NCBI GenBank assembly: GCA_001513155.1
Contig: LFSR01000042.1
Coordinates: forward strand, 16,961 to 80,960
Source of the DNA: Syntrophomonas sp. DTU018
GTDB taxonomy: Bacteria; Bacillota; Syntrophomonadia; Syntrophomonadales; Syntrophomonadaceae
DNA: 64,000 nt
Direction: 5' to 3'
How positions within the stretch are numbered: the stretch's first letter is position 1; every line of letters starts with the position of its first letter. Under the pieces are notes generated by a model. The model was not told the DNA's origin, searched no databases, and worked only from the letters and a program-made list of their open reading frames with translations. Positions 1 to 9,903 of the stretch are shown here, piece after piece. The translations under genes were made by a program, and so were the position numbers.

Positions 1-1265
1 CCGTATACAGCCCAGCTCTGGAAAAAGGTTATATGCCTTTTTATGTATTGGACGATTCCCCCATCTCTTATAAAGCCGGTAATGGTTCGGTATGGAGTCC
101 CCAAAACTATGACGGCAATTACCGGGGACTTATAACCATGCGTACTGCTGTTCAGTACTCAATCAATACCTATGCAGTCCAACTCTTGGACCAGGTGGGA
201 ATACGTACTGCTTTCGATTTTGGCCGCTCCCTGGGGTTAGAGCTGGTGGACACCCCGGGCACCAATGACCTGGGTCTGGCTCCCTTGTCCCTGGGTGGAT
301 TAACCCATGGCGCTACACCGGTACAGATGGCTGCCGCTTACGGAGCCATTGGCAACGGCGGCGTTTACGTCAAACCTCATTTTATAGAAAAAATTGTTGA
401 CAATAACGGCACGGTAATCTATGAATTCCAAAGAGAAGATCGCCGGGTTATGTCGCCCCAAACTGCCTGGCTGATGAGCAGCATGCTGCAGACAGTTGTC
501 ACATCAGGTACGGGCACCAATGCCCAGGTACCGGGTGTTTTCACAGCGGGTAAAACGGGTACTTCTGAAGAATACAAGGATTCCTGGTTCTGCGGTTTTA
601 CTCCCGGCTATTCGGTTGCAGTATGGATGGGCTATGATCAGGAGCATACCATGACCAATATTTACGGCGGCGGGTTCCCGGCCAAAATATTTAAGAACAT
701 GCTGCAAAGAGCCCATAGCAAGCACAACCCGCCCGCTAAAGGCATGCCGGAAGGTATCGTTCAGGTGGCGGTCTGTTCACGTTCAGGTTTGCTGCCGGGA
801 GACAACTGCCCGCCTGACCAGATAATAACGGATTTTTGCCGAAAAGATGCAGTGCCTACGGAGACCTGTAATGTTCACGAGTATCTTTTGATTTGTCCGG
901 AATCGGGCAAACTGGCTAGCAAATACTGTCCCCATCCCGAAATGCGTCCAGTAGTAAAAACTCGTGAGGGCAGTGCTGCTGCCGATCGAATTCCCACGGA
1001 ACAGTGTGACATCCATACCGGCAGTTTCGGTGGGTCGGAAGGCCTTCTGGACAACCAGGTCTGGATATGCCTGGATCCTCGTCATAACGGGGAATTAGTA
1101 CGGGCGAATGTTCCCGGTCCCTTGGAAACAGGGGGTTGTCCCCCGGAATACATGCAAAAGATTACTTTGGAACCGGGTCAGCGCATACGGGAATGCGATT
1201 TGAAAGACCACCAGGTGAAACGCAAAAAAGCACGGGATGTGATTGACGACTTAATAAATGACTGA
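1..1265 (+). CDS. Class A penicillin-binding protein (PBP1A family), C-terminal part; 5' end outside window
   Basis: Frame is open from position 3. KTG box (AGKTGTSEE) and the distal transpeptidase region are present, followed by a Cys-rich C-terminal tail. Confidence 0.85.
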   Translation, partial: VYSPALEKGYMPFYVLDDSPISYKAGNGSVWSPQNYDGNYRGLITMRTAVQYSINTYAVQLLDQVGIRTAFDFGRSLGLELVDTPGTNDLGLAPLSLGGLTHGATPVQMAAAYGAIGNGGVYVKPHFIEKIVDNNGTVIYEFQREDRRVMSPQTAWLMSSMLQTVVTSGTGTNAQVPGVFTAGKTGTSEEYKDSWFCGFTPGYSVAVWMGYDQEHTMTNIYGGGFPAKIFKNMLQRAHSKHNPPAKGMPEGIVQVAVCSRSGLLPGDNCPPDQIITDFCRKDAVPTETCNVHEYLLICPESGKLASKYCPHPEMRPVVKTREGSAAADRIPTEQCDIHTGSFGGSEGLLDNQVWICLDPRHNGELVRANVPGPLETGGCPPEYMQKITLEPGQRIRECDLKDHQVKRKKARDVIDDLIND

Positions 1266-1271
1266 TCAAAA

Positions 1272-1301
1272 AAGCGGCTGTTTGGTTAACAACAGCCGCT
1301 T
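1272..1301. terminator. Bidirectional hairpin between convergent PBP and mutS2
   Basis: AGCGGCTGTT-N8-AACAGCCGCT stem flanked by an A-run and a T-rich tract. Confidence 0.6.
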
Positions 1302-1306
1302 ATACT

Positions 1307-3646
1307 TTATTTTAATTTAACTACCGTCACTCCATAGCCGCCTTCTTCCCTGGCCCCATCCTGAAATGACTGTACATAACGATGATCCTGCAGGAAATTG
1401 CGGACAGCTTTACGCAGAGCGCCGGTACCTTTTCCGTGGATAATCCGTACGGAATCGATTCCTACCAGATTGGCATCTTCCAAATACTTGTCTATTTCCT
1501 GAATAGCTTCTTCGGCCAGTTTGCCCCGCACATCAATTTCCTTGGAGATAGTGCGGGCCTTTTCCAGGAAACTCTGATTCTTGCGCTGGTATTTCTTCTC
1601 CTCGGGAGATTCACTGGGTACCAGCTGATCCTGGCTTACGTTAAGCTTCAGAATACCTACTTGTACTGTTACCTCTCCTTGCGGATCGGGTCCTTCCAGA
1701 ACATACCCCCGTTGGTTGATATTCTTGATTAAAACATAGTCCCCTGGTTTAAGGTCCGCCGGCGCAATTTCTGCGGTGCTTTCCCGCCAGGGTTCTTCCA
1801 CATGCAGTTCCCGGATACGCTGCCGCTTCTGTTCCACTTCATGCCATTTGGGGGGTTTGTCTTTTTCCTTCAAGAGGTTTTTGAGTTCCTGGACAGCTTC
1901 CTCTGCTTCTCTCTTGACCGTACGCAAATAGCTGTCAGCTTCGCTGCGGGCCCGGGCCAGTATGGCAGCCTTTTGCGCTTCCAGGCGCTCCTTTTCTTCC
2001 TGAAGAGCCTGCTTTTCCTTGGTCAATTCCAGCCGCAGGCGTTCTGTTTCCCGGTAGCTCTGTTCCAGGAAGTAGGTCTTCTCCTTTAATTCTCTGATCA
2101 TATTGCTCAGTTCAATTTCCTTCACCGGCATCAACTGGCGGGCTGCTTCCACCAGCCTTTCTTCCAATCCTAAACGGGCAGCAATCTCCAAAGCATTGCT
2201 CTGCCCCGGGGTACCAATGGTCAAGCGGTAGGTAGGCTGTAGAGTTTTCGGATCAAACTCAACCGAAGCATTCACCACCCGCTCAGTCTGATAGGCATAA
2301 TATTTCAGTTCGCTCTGGTGCGTGGTCACAATCACTTTAGCGCCCTTGTTTCTGAATTCCTCCAGTATCACCCGGGCCAAAGAAGCCCCCTCAGCAGGAT
2401 CGGTACCTGCCCCCAGTTCATCGATTAGAACCAGGGATTTGGAGTCGGAGTGTTTGAGAATGTGAATGATATTGCTCATATGAGAGGAAAAAGTACTTAA
2501 GGATTGCTCAATACTCTGTTCATCCCCTATGTCTACAAACACCTCATCGAAAACAGACACCCGGCTGCTTTCCCGGGCGGGTATGAACAGTCCGGCCATA
2601 GTCATCAGAACCAGCAAACCCACTGTCTTAAGGGCCACTGTCTTGCCGCCGGTGTTGGGTCCGGTTATGACCATCATGTCAAAATCCTGACCTAAGCGAA
2701 CATCAATAGGTACAGCCTTATCTCCCAAAAGAGGATGGCGGGCACGGCTCAGGTCCAGAATACCGGAGTCATCTACCTGGGGCCGGAAAGCATTCATATG
2801 ATAAGCCAGCCGGGCCCGGGCATAAATGGCATCTATTTCACTGAGAATCCGCACATTATGGTCCAGCTCATCCCGATAGGCAGCTATCTGCGAGCTTAAC
2901 TCCCGCAGTATCCTTTCAATTTCTCTTTTTTCCTCCCCTTGCAAAGAACGGATGCGGTTGTTCTGTTCAACAACGGCCAGGGGTTCAATAAATACAGTGG
3001 CCCCACTGGCGGATTCGTCATGAACAATCCCCTTTACTTCATAGCGGTATTCCTGTTTTACCGGCACTACATACCTTCCATCCCGTTCAGTTACGATCGC
3101 ATCCTGCAATACTCGCTGGTTGTTGCCGGAACGGATAAAGTCCTGCAAATAATCCCGGATCCTCTGCCTTAAAACCTGAATCTGGTTGCGGATCCTTTTC
3201 AGCTCGGGAGTAGCATCATCCCGGACTTCTCCCTCTTCGCTGATCATACGGTCAATCATCTGTTCCAGTTTAAGGTCTGCAAACAGCTCCCGGCTCTTGG
3301 CCTGCATACGGGGATACCTCTCATCATCAGCAGTTTTCTTCGCCAGGCGGGAAGCCAGCAGCAAACGATAGATATCCCTTAGTTCAGATGGCATTATGAT
3401 ACCGCCGGCTTTGGCTTTGTCCAGATAGGGAGTTATTATCACCAGACCGGATAAATACGAAGGCTCCGCAAAGCGCAGCATCTCCATAGCTTCAGCGGTT
3501 TCATCCAGTCGCAGCTTTACTGCATTGAGATTACGGCTGGGCTGCAAATTCCGGCAGAGTTCCTCGCCTCCCTCGGAATATGCATAGCGAGCTAAATCAG
3601 CGGTTATTTTATTGAATTCAAGTTTCTCCAAAGTTTTCTCGTTCAC
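1307..3646 (-). CDS. mutS2: Endonuclease MutS2 (MutS domain V ATPase + C-terminal Smr domain)
   Basis: Walker A GPNTGGKT, long coiled-coil, Smr-type C-terminus (IIHGKGTGALR). GTG start abuts the upstream stop. Confidence 0.95.
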   Translation of the reverse strand: MNEKTLEKLEFNKITADLARYAYSEGGEELCRNLQPSRNLNAVKLRLDETAEAMEMLRFAEPSYLSGLVIITPYLDKAKAGGIIMPSELRDIYRLLLASRLAKKTADDERYPRMQAKSRELFADLKLEQMIDRMISEEGEVRDDATPELKRIRNQIQVLRQRIRDYLQDFIRSGNNQRVLQDAIVTERDGRYVVPVKQEYRYEVKGIVHDESASGATVFIEPLAVVEQNNRIRSLQGEEKREIERILRELSSQIAAYRDELDHNVRILSEIDAIYARARLAYHMNAFRPQVDDSGILDLSRARHPLLGDKAVPIDVRLGQDFDMMVITGPNTGGKTVALKTVGLLVLMTMAGLFIPARESSRVSVFDEVFVDIGDEQSIEQSLSTFSSHMSNIIHILKHSDSKSLVLIDELGAGTDPAEGASLARVILEEFRNKGAKVIVTTHQSELKYYAYQTERVVNASVEFDPKTLQPTYRLTIGTPGQSNALEIAARLGLEERLVEAARQLMPVKEIELSNMIRELKEKTYFLEQSYRETERLRLELTKEKQALQEEKERLEAQKAAILARARSEADSYLRTVKREAEEAVQELKNLLKEKDKPPKWHEVEQKRQRIRELHVEEPWRESTAEIAPADLKPGDYVLIKNINQRGYVLEGPDPQGEVTVQVGILKLNVSQDQLVPSESPEEKKYQRKNQSFLEKARTISKEIDVRGKLAEEAIQEIDKYLEDANLVGIDSVRIIHGKGTGALRKAVRNFLQDHRYVQSFQDGAREEGGYGVTVVKLK

Positions 3647-6133
3647 CTATTCGACCCCACGATAATAATGACATTTGGTAAAACCTGAGGGACTGTAACG
3701 TGCCAGCAGATTTTTCAGGGACTCGTTTTCCTCAGGTTGATCAGCAGCAATATTGGCAAGAGCTTTACGAAAAATCCTTACCACCTGTCCTACCTGGCGG
3801 GCTGAAGACCTGCGCATTTCCAGGCGCAATGCACCAGGTGACAGGGGCACAAGTTTGGACAGATCATCCAGCATGGATAGAGTGCGGGAATTAAACACAT
3901 AAAACCGGCAGTCGGCATCCCCGGCAACCGGAAAAGCATAGCCTTTTTCATCCTGAATATAGTATTGATCCCGCAGGCACCAATGAGAACACTTATTTTT
4001 ATTCTCCAATACTTCATATAATACACAGGTTTGAGAAACCATCAATACCAGCTCTCCATATACCAGCAGTTCCACATCAGTCAGATCCGGGAATTCTCTT
4101 AGCTGGTTCAGGTTAAGCTCGGGAGAGGCGCACACTCCCCGGGCACCCCAGGACTGCAACAGGGTTAAAGCCACCGGGTTGAGGACATTCAGGCTATAAT
4201 CAGCCCAAAAGGGTATCCCCTGACTGCGGCACCAGTAAATCCCACCCAAATCCCCTGCCATCACCTGGGTACATCCGGCTTCTTGGATGAGTCTGGTGTA
4301 ATCAAAGCTGTCACCGGGCTTGCGAATGCGGGGCAGGGCTGGAATCACCTCACTGCCTCTGTGACTGGCTTCCCGGGTTATCGCCTTGATCTCTTCCGGT
4401 CGCGGGCGCCGGTGATTTCCCAATCCTTCCAGAGCCAGGTACACCCGTTCGGCGCCAGCTTCCAGTGCTTGCAGGGCTGCTTCCGTACTGTTTACCATCA
4501 CCCGCAGCTGGGGCAATTTAGTTTTATTTTTTGCTCCGGTATTTCCTTTTAAGGCGGCAGCTAAAACCTGCTGCTTTTTCGGTTCAAATTCGGCAGAGGT
4601 GATTTGCCTTTGGTGTCTTTTTACTACCAGTTGGTACAGCCGGTCCACCGCATCCCGGCGGGCTTGATTTATTTCACTGAAAGGCACTATCAAATTGCCT
4701 GTACCCTCCAGGGTCAGGCTGCGCAGTTTGAAGGGAGTATTGCCCAGCCGGCCCAGTTTATCTGCCAGGGTATCCTTATCCAGGGGCTGCTGCTGGGCTT
4801 TTTGCACCAGGCTCCTGGTGGCCGCAGCGGCTTCCTGCCCACCGGCAGTGCGGTACACTACCTGCATGGGCTCCCCTTCTTGCAGATAAACTTCTACATC
4901 AACGGGCACCTCTGGATAGCTGACACCTTCATAGCTGGCTCGAGCCGAACTGATCAGTCTCTCATCATGGGTCTTAAATACCCGGTCATGGGGGTGAACT
5001 TTCTGGTCAACCTGCAAAATTACCGTTTCCCCGGCTTCCGCCCTGGTTACGGCACGTCCCTGGATCTCCATCCTTTCCACAGTAAAGGCCGGGCCTTGTC
5101 CATGAGATACCCATATCTCTACTCCATCTCCCAGGGACAGGGGTTCCTGCAGGCGAATAGCCGTACGTGCCCTGGCATCCTGGGATATCACCCGGCCTAT
5201 ATATACTCCTCGATTATTGGGACGCTGGGTACTCAATCTCTTGGGAACCTGAGGATCCAGGTACCCCGGAGAAAAAGTACGGTTGAATACTTTGGCCATC
5301 TCCCCTTTCAAGGCTTGCGGGTCGGCGGCAGTTTTCCCTTCAGCAATTTGGTCTATAAATTGACGGTAAGAACGGGTAACAATGGCCACATACTCCGGTC
5401 TTTTCATGCGCCCCTCAATTTTAAGAGAGTGGATGCCAATCTCCTGTAATACAGGCAAGTATTCTATCAGGGCCTGGTCCGCAAGACTTAACAGGTATTT
5501 GCCGGCACTATCCTGCCGGTTGCCATTTGCTGCATAAAGGGTGTAGGGCAGGCGGCAGGGCTGGGCGCATCTGCCCCGGTTGCCGCTCCTGCCGCCTACT
5601 ATGCTGCTGAACAAGCACTGTCCGGAATAGGAATAACATAAGGCTCCATGGACAAAAATCTCCAACTCAGCGGTTACTCTGTTTCTTATGGTTCTAATCT
5701 CATCCAGGGTCAGCTCCCGGGCCAGTACCACTCTTTTTACCCCCTGCTGCTGCAGAAGGTTTACTCCCTCAGCATTGTGCACCGTCATCTGGGTGCTGGC
5801 ATGAACGGCAAGATCGGGCAGCAGTTCTCGCAGCAGGTTCAATAAACCGAGATCCTGAATGATGACGGCATCTACATCGAGATTATAAAGTTCAAAGACA
5901 TAGTCCAGGACCTCATTTAGCTCCCGGCTGTGCAATAAAGTATTGACGGTAACATAGATCTTGGCATCCCGTAAATGGGCATATTCCACGGCTTTTTTAA
6001 TCATGTCCAAAGTAAAATTATCTGCGAATTGCCGGGCACTAAAAGCCTTTCCGCCCAGATATACTGCGTCTGCACCGTTTTCCAGGGCAGCCACCAAAGC
6101 ATCCCAATTACCAGCCGGAGCTAATAGTTCCAA
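3647..6133 (-). CDS. Peptidase U32 family protein (long form with C-terminal extension)
   Basis: U32 signature EIFVHGALCYSYSGQCLFSS. Likely start is TTG at 6133 (AGGAGGT 9 nt upstream, giving M-ELLAPAGNW), with ATG 6160 as alternative. The tracked ORF start at 6220 runs into repeat unit A-U1 and is an artefact. Confidence 0.85.
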   Translation of the reverse strand: MELLAPAGNWDALVAALENGADAVYLGGKAFSARQFADNFTLDMIKKAVEYAHLRDAKIYVTVNTLLHSRELNEVLDYVFELYNLDVDAVIIQDLGLLNLLRELLPDLAVHASTQMTVHNAEGVNLLQQQGVKRVVLARELTLDEIRTIRNRVTAELEIFVHGALCYSYSGQCLFSSIVGGRSGNRGRCAQPCRLPYTLYAANGNRQDSAGKYLLSLADQALIEYLPVLQEIGIHSLKIEGRMKRPEYVAIVTRSYRQFIDQIAEGKTAADPQALKGEMAKVFNRTFSPGYLDPQVPKRLSTQRPNNRGVYIGRVISQDARARTAIRLQEPLSLGDGVEIWVSHGQGPAFTVERMEIQGRAVTRAEAGETVILQVDQKVHPHDRVFKTHDERLISSARASYEGVSYPEVPVDVEVYLQEGEPMQVVYRTAGGQEAAAATRSLVQKAQQQPLDKDTLADKLGRLGNTPFKLRSLTLEGTGNLIVPFSEINQARRDAVDRLYQLVVKRHQRQITSAEFEPKKQQVLAAALKGNTGAKNKTKLPQLRVMVNSTEAALQALEAGAERVYLALEGLGNHRRPRPEEIKAITREASHRGSEVIPALPRIRKPGDSFDYTRLIQEAGCTQVMAGDLGGIYWCRSQGIPFWADYSLNVLNPVALTLLQSWGARGVCASPELNLNQLREFPDLTDVELLVYGELVLMVSQTCVLYEVLENKNKCSHWCLRDQYYIQDEKGYAFPVAGDADCRFYVFNSRTLSMLDDLSKLVPLSPGALRLEMRRSSARQVGQVVRIFRKALANIAADQPEENESLKNLLARYSPSGFTKCHYYRGVE

Positions 6134-6160
6134 GGTATGCTGACCTCCTGTGTTAAACAT

Positions 6161-6452
6161 GGTTGCTGTGAAAGCTGTGAATAAGAGATTGCCACGCCCC
6201 GTCGGGGCTCGCAATGACAATTAAGAATTCCTTTCATAGCGATGACAGGCTTAAGTTTTCGTTTATCGTGGCCTGTTATTCAGGTGACAATTGCGAGCGC
6301 AGCGAAGCAATCTCTAACGATGCCTGCAAATATGTGAACGAGATCGCCACGGCACTATGTGCCTCGCGATGACACATAAGAAAGCTTCTCTGCGATGCCA
6401 CGGCACTTCGTGCCTCGCGATGACACAAAAGGACGCCATTTTCACAGCAATA
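6161..6452. repeat. Repeat cluster A: four ~35-bp core units of the GAGATYGCCACG...CTCGCRATGACA family plus accessory modules
   Basis: Units at 6185-6219 (+), 6283-6315 (-), 6340-6374 (+) and 6391-6424 (+). Outer inverted TTGCTGTGAAA modules lie at about 6163-6173 and 6439-6449. 6239-6277 is the exact reverse complement of 28295-28333. Confidence 0.9.
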
Positions 6453-6471
6453 ACAGGTGATTTAACAGTGA

Positions 6472-6497
6472 CAAGGACGGGATTTCGACCCGTCCTG
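6472..6497 (-). terminator. Hairpin downstream of the NIF3-like gene
   Basis: AGGACGGG-ATTTCGA-CCCGTCCT 27 bp after the stop; no clear T-run. Confidence 0.35.
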
Positions 6498-6523
6498 GCA
6501 GTATCCTGGTTATATTATAGCCA

Positions 6524-7492
6524 TTAATGCAGTTCATGGTCTTTGACCCGGGAAACACGGATCAAGCCAGAACAGGGTATGATGCTGATTCCTCGTTTCT
6601 CCAATTCATCCAAAAACAGATTCATTCCCAGGGAGTCACTGGCCATATGACCGGCGACAATTACATTTAAGTGGTGCTCTTTGGCCAAGCTGCGGTGCTT
6701 ATCTGGCATATGCATGCAGATAAACGTCCCCACTCCTGCCTGGGCCAGTTTTTCGTAAGCTTTTTCCGATCCGGCTGTTCCACCGGTCATTTTGATGAAA
6801 ACCCTTCCCGCCCGGCGTTTGCGGTTACCGACTATGATTTTGGGTCCCGCTTTCAGCATTTGCGCCTGCCGGTACTCGGGAACTTCCAACAGCACCTGGA
6901 TTAAATCATCCAAAGTAGAATAACTTGCTTCTTTGAGAAGATTTTCCAAGTAGTGCTGCACCAGGTTATCAGCGGGAGAATGAACACACATGAAAGGAAT
7001 ATCCAACAGCCGGGCAGCATCTACCGCCCTTTGGTGGTTCATAGGCATATAGCGGCGTTCTACCTCGCCGATCCGGGTAGTCATTATTCCCTCGCCTACA
7101 TTTATGGGGACACCGGCTTTCTCCAGCATGTCCGCCTGGACCCCCATGACTTCATATAAGCCAGCTGCGGCGATACCCTCCGGGTGATGGGCCAGCACCA
7201 GATCAATGTTATGTCCCTTTTGCCTGAGACGGTCGGCCAAAAGGATTTCCGGTGTTTCCATATCAATTCCGCATAATATGGTCCTAACTTCGGCGTCTGG
7301 ATCTCCCACAAGAATGCGTGTATCGCTGAAGGGGTGCTCTAATTTCTGAACATCAAAAAACTCCTTCTCGTCTTCACTCATCCGCTCATACTTTTCTAAC
7401 TCATCTCTCAGTAATCTCTCCAGCTCATCTCCCCTGATATCATAACGCTTGCCTAAATCTACCGCCAGTTGGTATATCTCTCCCAGTTTCAT
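6524..7492 (-). CDS. NIF3-like (DUF34) dinuclear metal centre protein
   Basis: LVLAHHPEG and AGHMASD motifs and overall length fit NIF3/YqfO-like proteins. Family recognised by eye only. Confidence 0.5.
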   Translation of the reverse strand: MKLGEIYQLAVDLGKRYDIRGDELERLLRDELEKYERMSEDEKEFFDVQKLEHPFSDTRILVGDPDAEVRTILCGIDMETPEILLADRLRQKGHNIDLVLAHHPEGIAAAGLYEVMGVQADMLEKAGVPINVGEGIMTTRIGEVERRYMPMNHQRAVDAARLLDIPFMCVHSPADNLVQHYLENLLKEASYSTLDDLIQVLLEVPEYRQAQMLKAGPKIIVGNRKRRAGRVFIKMTGGTAGSEKAYEKLAQAGVGTFICMHMPDKHRSLAKEHHLNVIVAGHMASDSLGMNLFLDELEKRGISIIPCSGLIRVSRVKDHELH

Positions 7493-7497
7493 GAATT

Positions 7498-8175
7498 CTA
7501 ACCCCCTTCTTTCTGCCGTGGATTTTCCAGACTCTGTAAACGTTTATCTATTGCTTGCAGTTTATCTGCAATCTCTCTTAAAACCTCGGGCAAGTTTAAT
7601 TCCGGCTCATCCTGCCAGGATTCCTGCTCCTGCTGAGCAAAGATGTCTTTTCTCTCTGCCAGATCAAAAGTCCTGATTTGAGTTCCCCTGGTCTCTTTTA
7701 ATCCCAGATCCCGGCGAGTAACCGGTTCATCTCCTTCTTTGCGAATAACACTGAAACCCCCGCAGGATTCCAGAATGCCTTTTTCTACTTCATCTATATC
7801 GCGAATGCCCTGTTTGCGCAACTCCTGCATGAGATCATCCACATTGCATTTTTCCCGGGCTAAGTTCTCCCTTATAATGCGCCCGTTATCTATCAGCACA
7901 ACCGGTCTGCCCACAATCAGGTTGGATAAGGTCTGGCTTTTCAGAGCCAGGATGCCCATGATGTACTCTAATCCAGCCAAGGTGGCTAAGATAATTATAC
8001 CTTCATAATAGGGAATGCTTCTATCCAGGGCTACCGATACCACAGTATGCCCAACTCCCGTCATTACTACGAAATCAAAAGGCCCCAGTTCCCCCAGGGC
8101 TCGCTTGCCCAGCAAGCGTATCATAACCAAGGCCATAACATACATTACCACAGCTCTTAAGACAAAATCCAGCAT
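7498..8175 (-). CDS. DUF421 (YetF-like) membrane protein
   Basis: N-terminal TM helices with the RLLGKRALGELGPFDFVV motif typical of DUF421. Confidence 0.7.
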   Translation of the reverse strand: MLDFVLRAVVMYVMALVMIRLLGKRALGELGPFDFVVMTGVGHTVVSVALDRSIPYYEGIIILATLAGLEYIMGILALKSQTLSNLIVGRPVVLIDNGRIIRENLAREKCNVDDLMQELRKQGIRDIDEVEKGILESCGGFSVIRKEGDEPVTRRDLGLKETRGTQIRTFDLAERKDIFAQQEQESWQDEPELNLPEVLREIADKLQAIDKRLQSLENPRQKEGG

Positions 8176-8219
8176 GGAATACCCTCGTTTCCCGCTTTAT
8201 TCCATGCTTAGTATTATTG

Positions 8220-9902
8220 TCAACGGGAGCCTTTATTCTTCAGGTAAGCTGCTAGATTGTCGTATTCCATGGTATTCAGCACATCCTCAGGCTGCAGCCA
8301 GCCCCGGCGGGCATTAAGTATGCCGTAGCGCAACAGCTTTAAATCCTCCCGGTGATGGGCATCACTGTTGATGGCGATTTTGATGCCCATTTCCCTGGCC
8401 TGGCGTGCTGTATCCTCATCAACATCCAAACGGTCAGGATGGGAGTTTATTTCTAAAGCCGCACCATGTCGTGCGGCTGCTTCCAGTACTCTTTCCAGAT
8501 CAAGTTCATACCCGCTGCGGCGGTTTAGAAGCCGCCCGCTCAAATGCCCGATAATATCTACATGGGGATTCTTGATAGCCTGAATAATACGGTCAGTCTG
8601 CCTCTCCCGGTCCAGCTTAAAGTTGCTGTGAATTGAAGCTATAACAATATCCAGATCTTCCAGGATTTCATCCCTAAAGTCCAAACTGCCGTCTTTAAGG
8701 ATGTCCACCTCTATCCCCTTTAAAATATGAAAGTCCTGTAATTCCTGGTTTAAGGCGTCAATTACTTTTCCCTGCTGAGTCAGTCTTTCCTCATTCAGTC
8801 CGCCGCTGATGGTAAGGGATTTGGAGTGATCGGTGATGGCAATATAGGAATATCCCAGGGAACGGGCCTGGCTGACCGTTTCCATTATCTTGGCTCCGCC
8901 ATCACTCCAGTCGGAATGTATATGCAGGTCACCTTTTATATGAGTGAAATCAACTAGTTCGGGAATATCTTCCCGGTTAGCCAACTCTATCTCGCCTTTG
9001 TTTTCTCGCATCTCAGGGGGAATAAAAGCTAACTGCAGAGTACGAAAAACATCTTCCTCATTGCTGCATCCTGCAAACTGGGCGGGATCTTTTCCGGTGA
9101 AAACACGGCTGCGAAATTCCTTGGATCCGGTAGTCCACGCTAGGGCACCGTAAAAGTCCTGAGGTTCAACCATAATAATTTCAAACTTTAATCCCCAGTC
9201 GGCTTGCCCCGCTAAAAAATCAGGTCCCTCTTCCATAATTTCCCGAACACAGCGAAAGTTTCTGATTAAATTCTTTACTGCCGTAAAATCACGGCTGGCT
9301 ACCAGAATATCAATATCACTGACCAGGGGTTTGCCCCGGCGAATACTCCCGGTGAGAGAAATATTTTCCACTGCAGGAGAATCTTTAAGATAGTCTATAA
9401 ACTGCTCCGCTACCGGAAGTGCCAGTCCTAAAGTAACTTTGCCGTCGCTCTGCTGGAATAGCTCCATACCTTTTATTATGTTATATTCCATTTTGCTTCC
9501 CAGGCCAGGTACGGTCCGTATCTTTCTCTCCCGGGCAGCTTTGAGCAAATCACTGAGGTTATCGATATGCAGATGTTCATATATCAAACGGGCAGTTTTA
9601 TGCCCCAGTCCCGGTATTTTGAGAAAATCCAGAACTCCTTCCGGTATCTCCCTGATCAGGCTTTCATAGTATTCACTGCTGCCCTTTTCCAGAAGTTCTT
9701 CAAGGATTGCTCTAATGGATTTGCCAATACCAGGTAAGGAGTCCAGGCGTCCATGCTGGTAAATAGTATGCAGGTCTTCATCCAGGTGATAAATGGAATC
9801 AGCTGCTTTGCGATATGCCGCTATTTTAAAGGGGTTTTCCTCTTTTATCTGCAGAAGATCAGCTATACGATCAAGAGTACGAGCAATTTCCCGGTTTGTC
9901 AT
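8220..9902 (-). CDS. polX: DNA polymerase/3'-5' exonuclease PolX (Pol beta-like + PHP domain)
   Basis: HhH/pol-X N-terminal region and PHP motif DLHIHSDWSDG. Start ATG 9902 sits 1 nt after the zapA stop with an AGGA upstream. Confidence 0.9.
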   Translation of the reverse strand: MTNREIARTLDRIADLLQIKEENPFKIAAYRKAADSIYHLDEDLHTIYQHGRLDSLPGIGKSIRAILEELLEKGSSEYYESLIREIPEGVLDFLKIPGLGHKTARLIYEHLHIDNLSDLLKAARERKIRTVPGLGSKMEYNIIKGMELFQQSDGKVTLGLALPVAEQFIDYLKDSPAVENISLTGSIRRGKPLVSDIDILVASRDFTAVKNLIRNFRCVREIMEEGPDFLAGQADWGLKFEIIMVEPQDFYGALAWTTGSKEFRSRVFTGKDPAQFAGCSNEEDVFRTLQLAFIPPEMRENKGEIELANREDIPELVDFTHIKGDLHIHSDWSDGGAKIMETVSQARSLGYSYIAITDHSKSLTISGGLNEERLTQQGKVIDALNQELQDFHILKGIEVDILKDGSLDFRDEILEDLDIVIASIHSNFKLDRERQTDRIIQAIKNPHVDIIGHLSGRLLNRRSGYELDLERVLEAAARHGAALEINSHPDRLDVDEDTARQAREMGIKIAINSDAHHREDLKLLRYGILNARRGWLQPEDVLNTMEYDNLAAYLKNKGSR

Positions 9903-9903
9903 C

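Noticed and set aside
4604-5449. Long antisense ORFs inside well-supported genes (e.g. 4604-5449, 20836-21537, 26396-27211, 31424-32089)
   Set aside because: They lie opposite conserved coding sequences and have low-complexity or biased composition and no motifs. They are typical shadow ORFs.
6185-6424. CRISPR array interpretation of the clustered ~35-bp repeats (also 28252-28502)
   Set aside because: Units occur in both orientations, spacings are irregular (16-70 bp), and the spacers are themselves shared modules between loci. No cas genes or leader are present.
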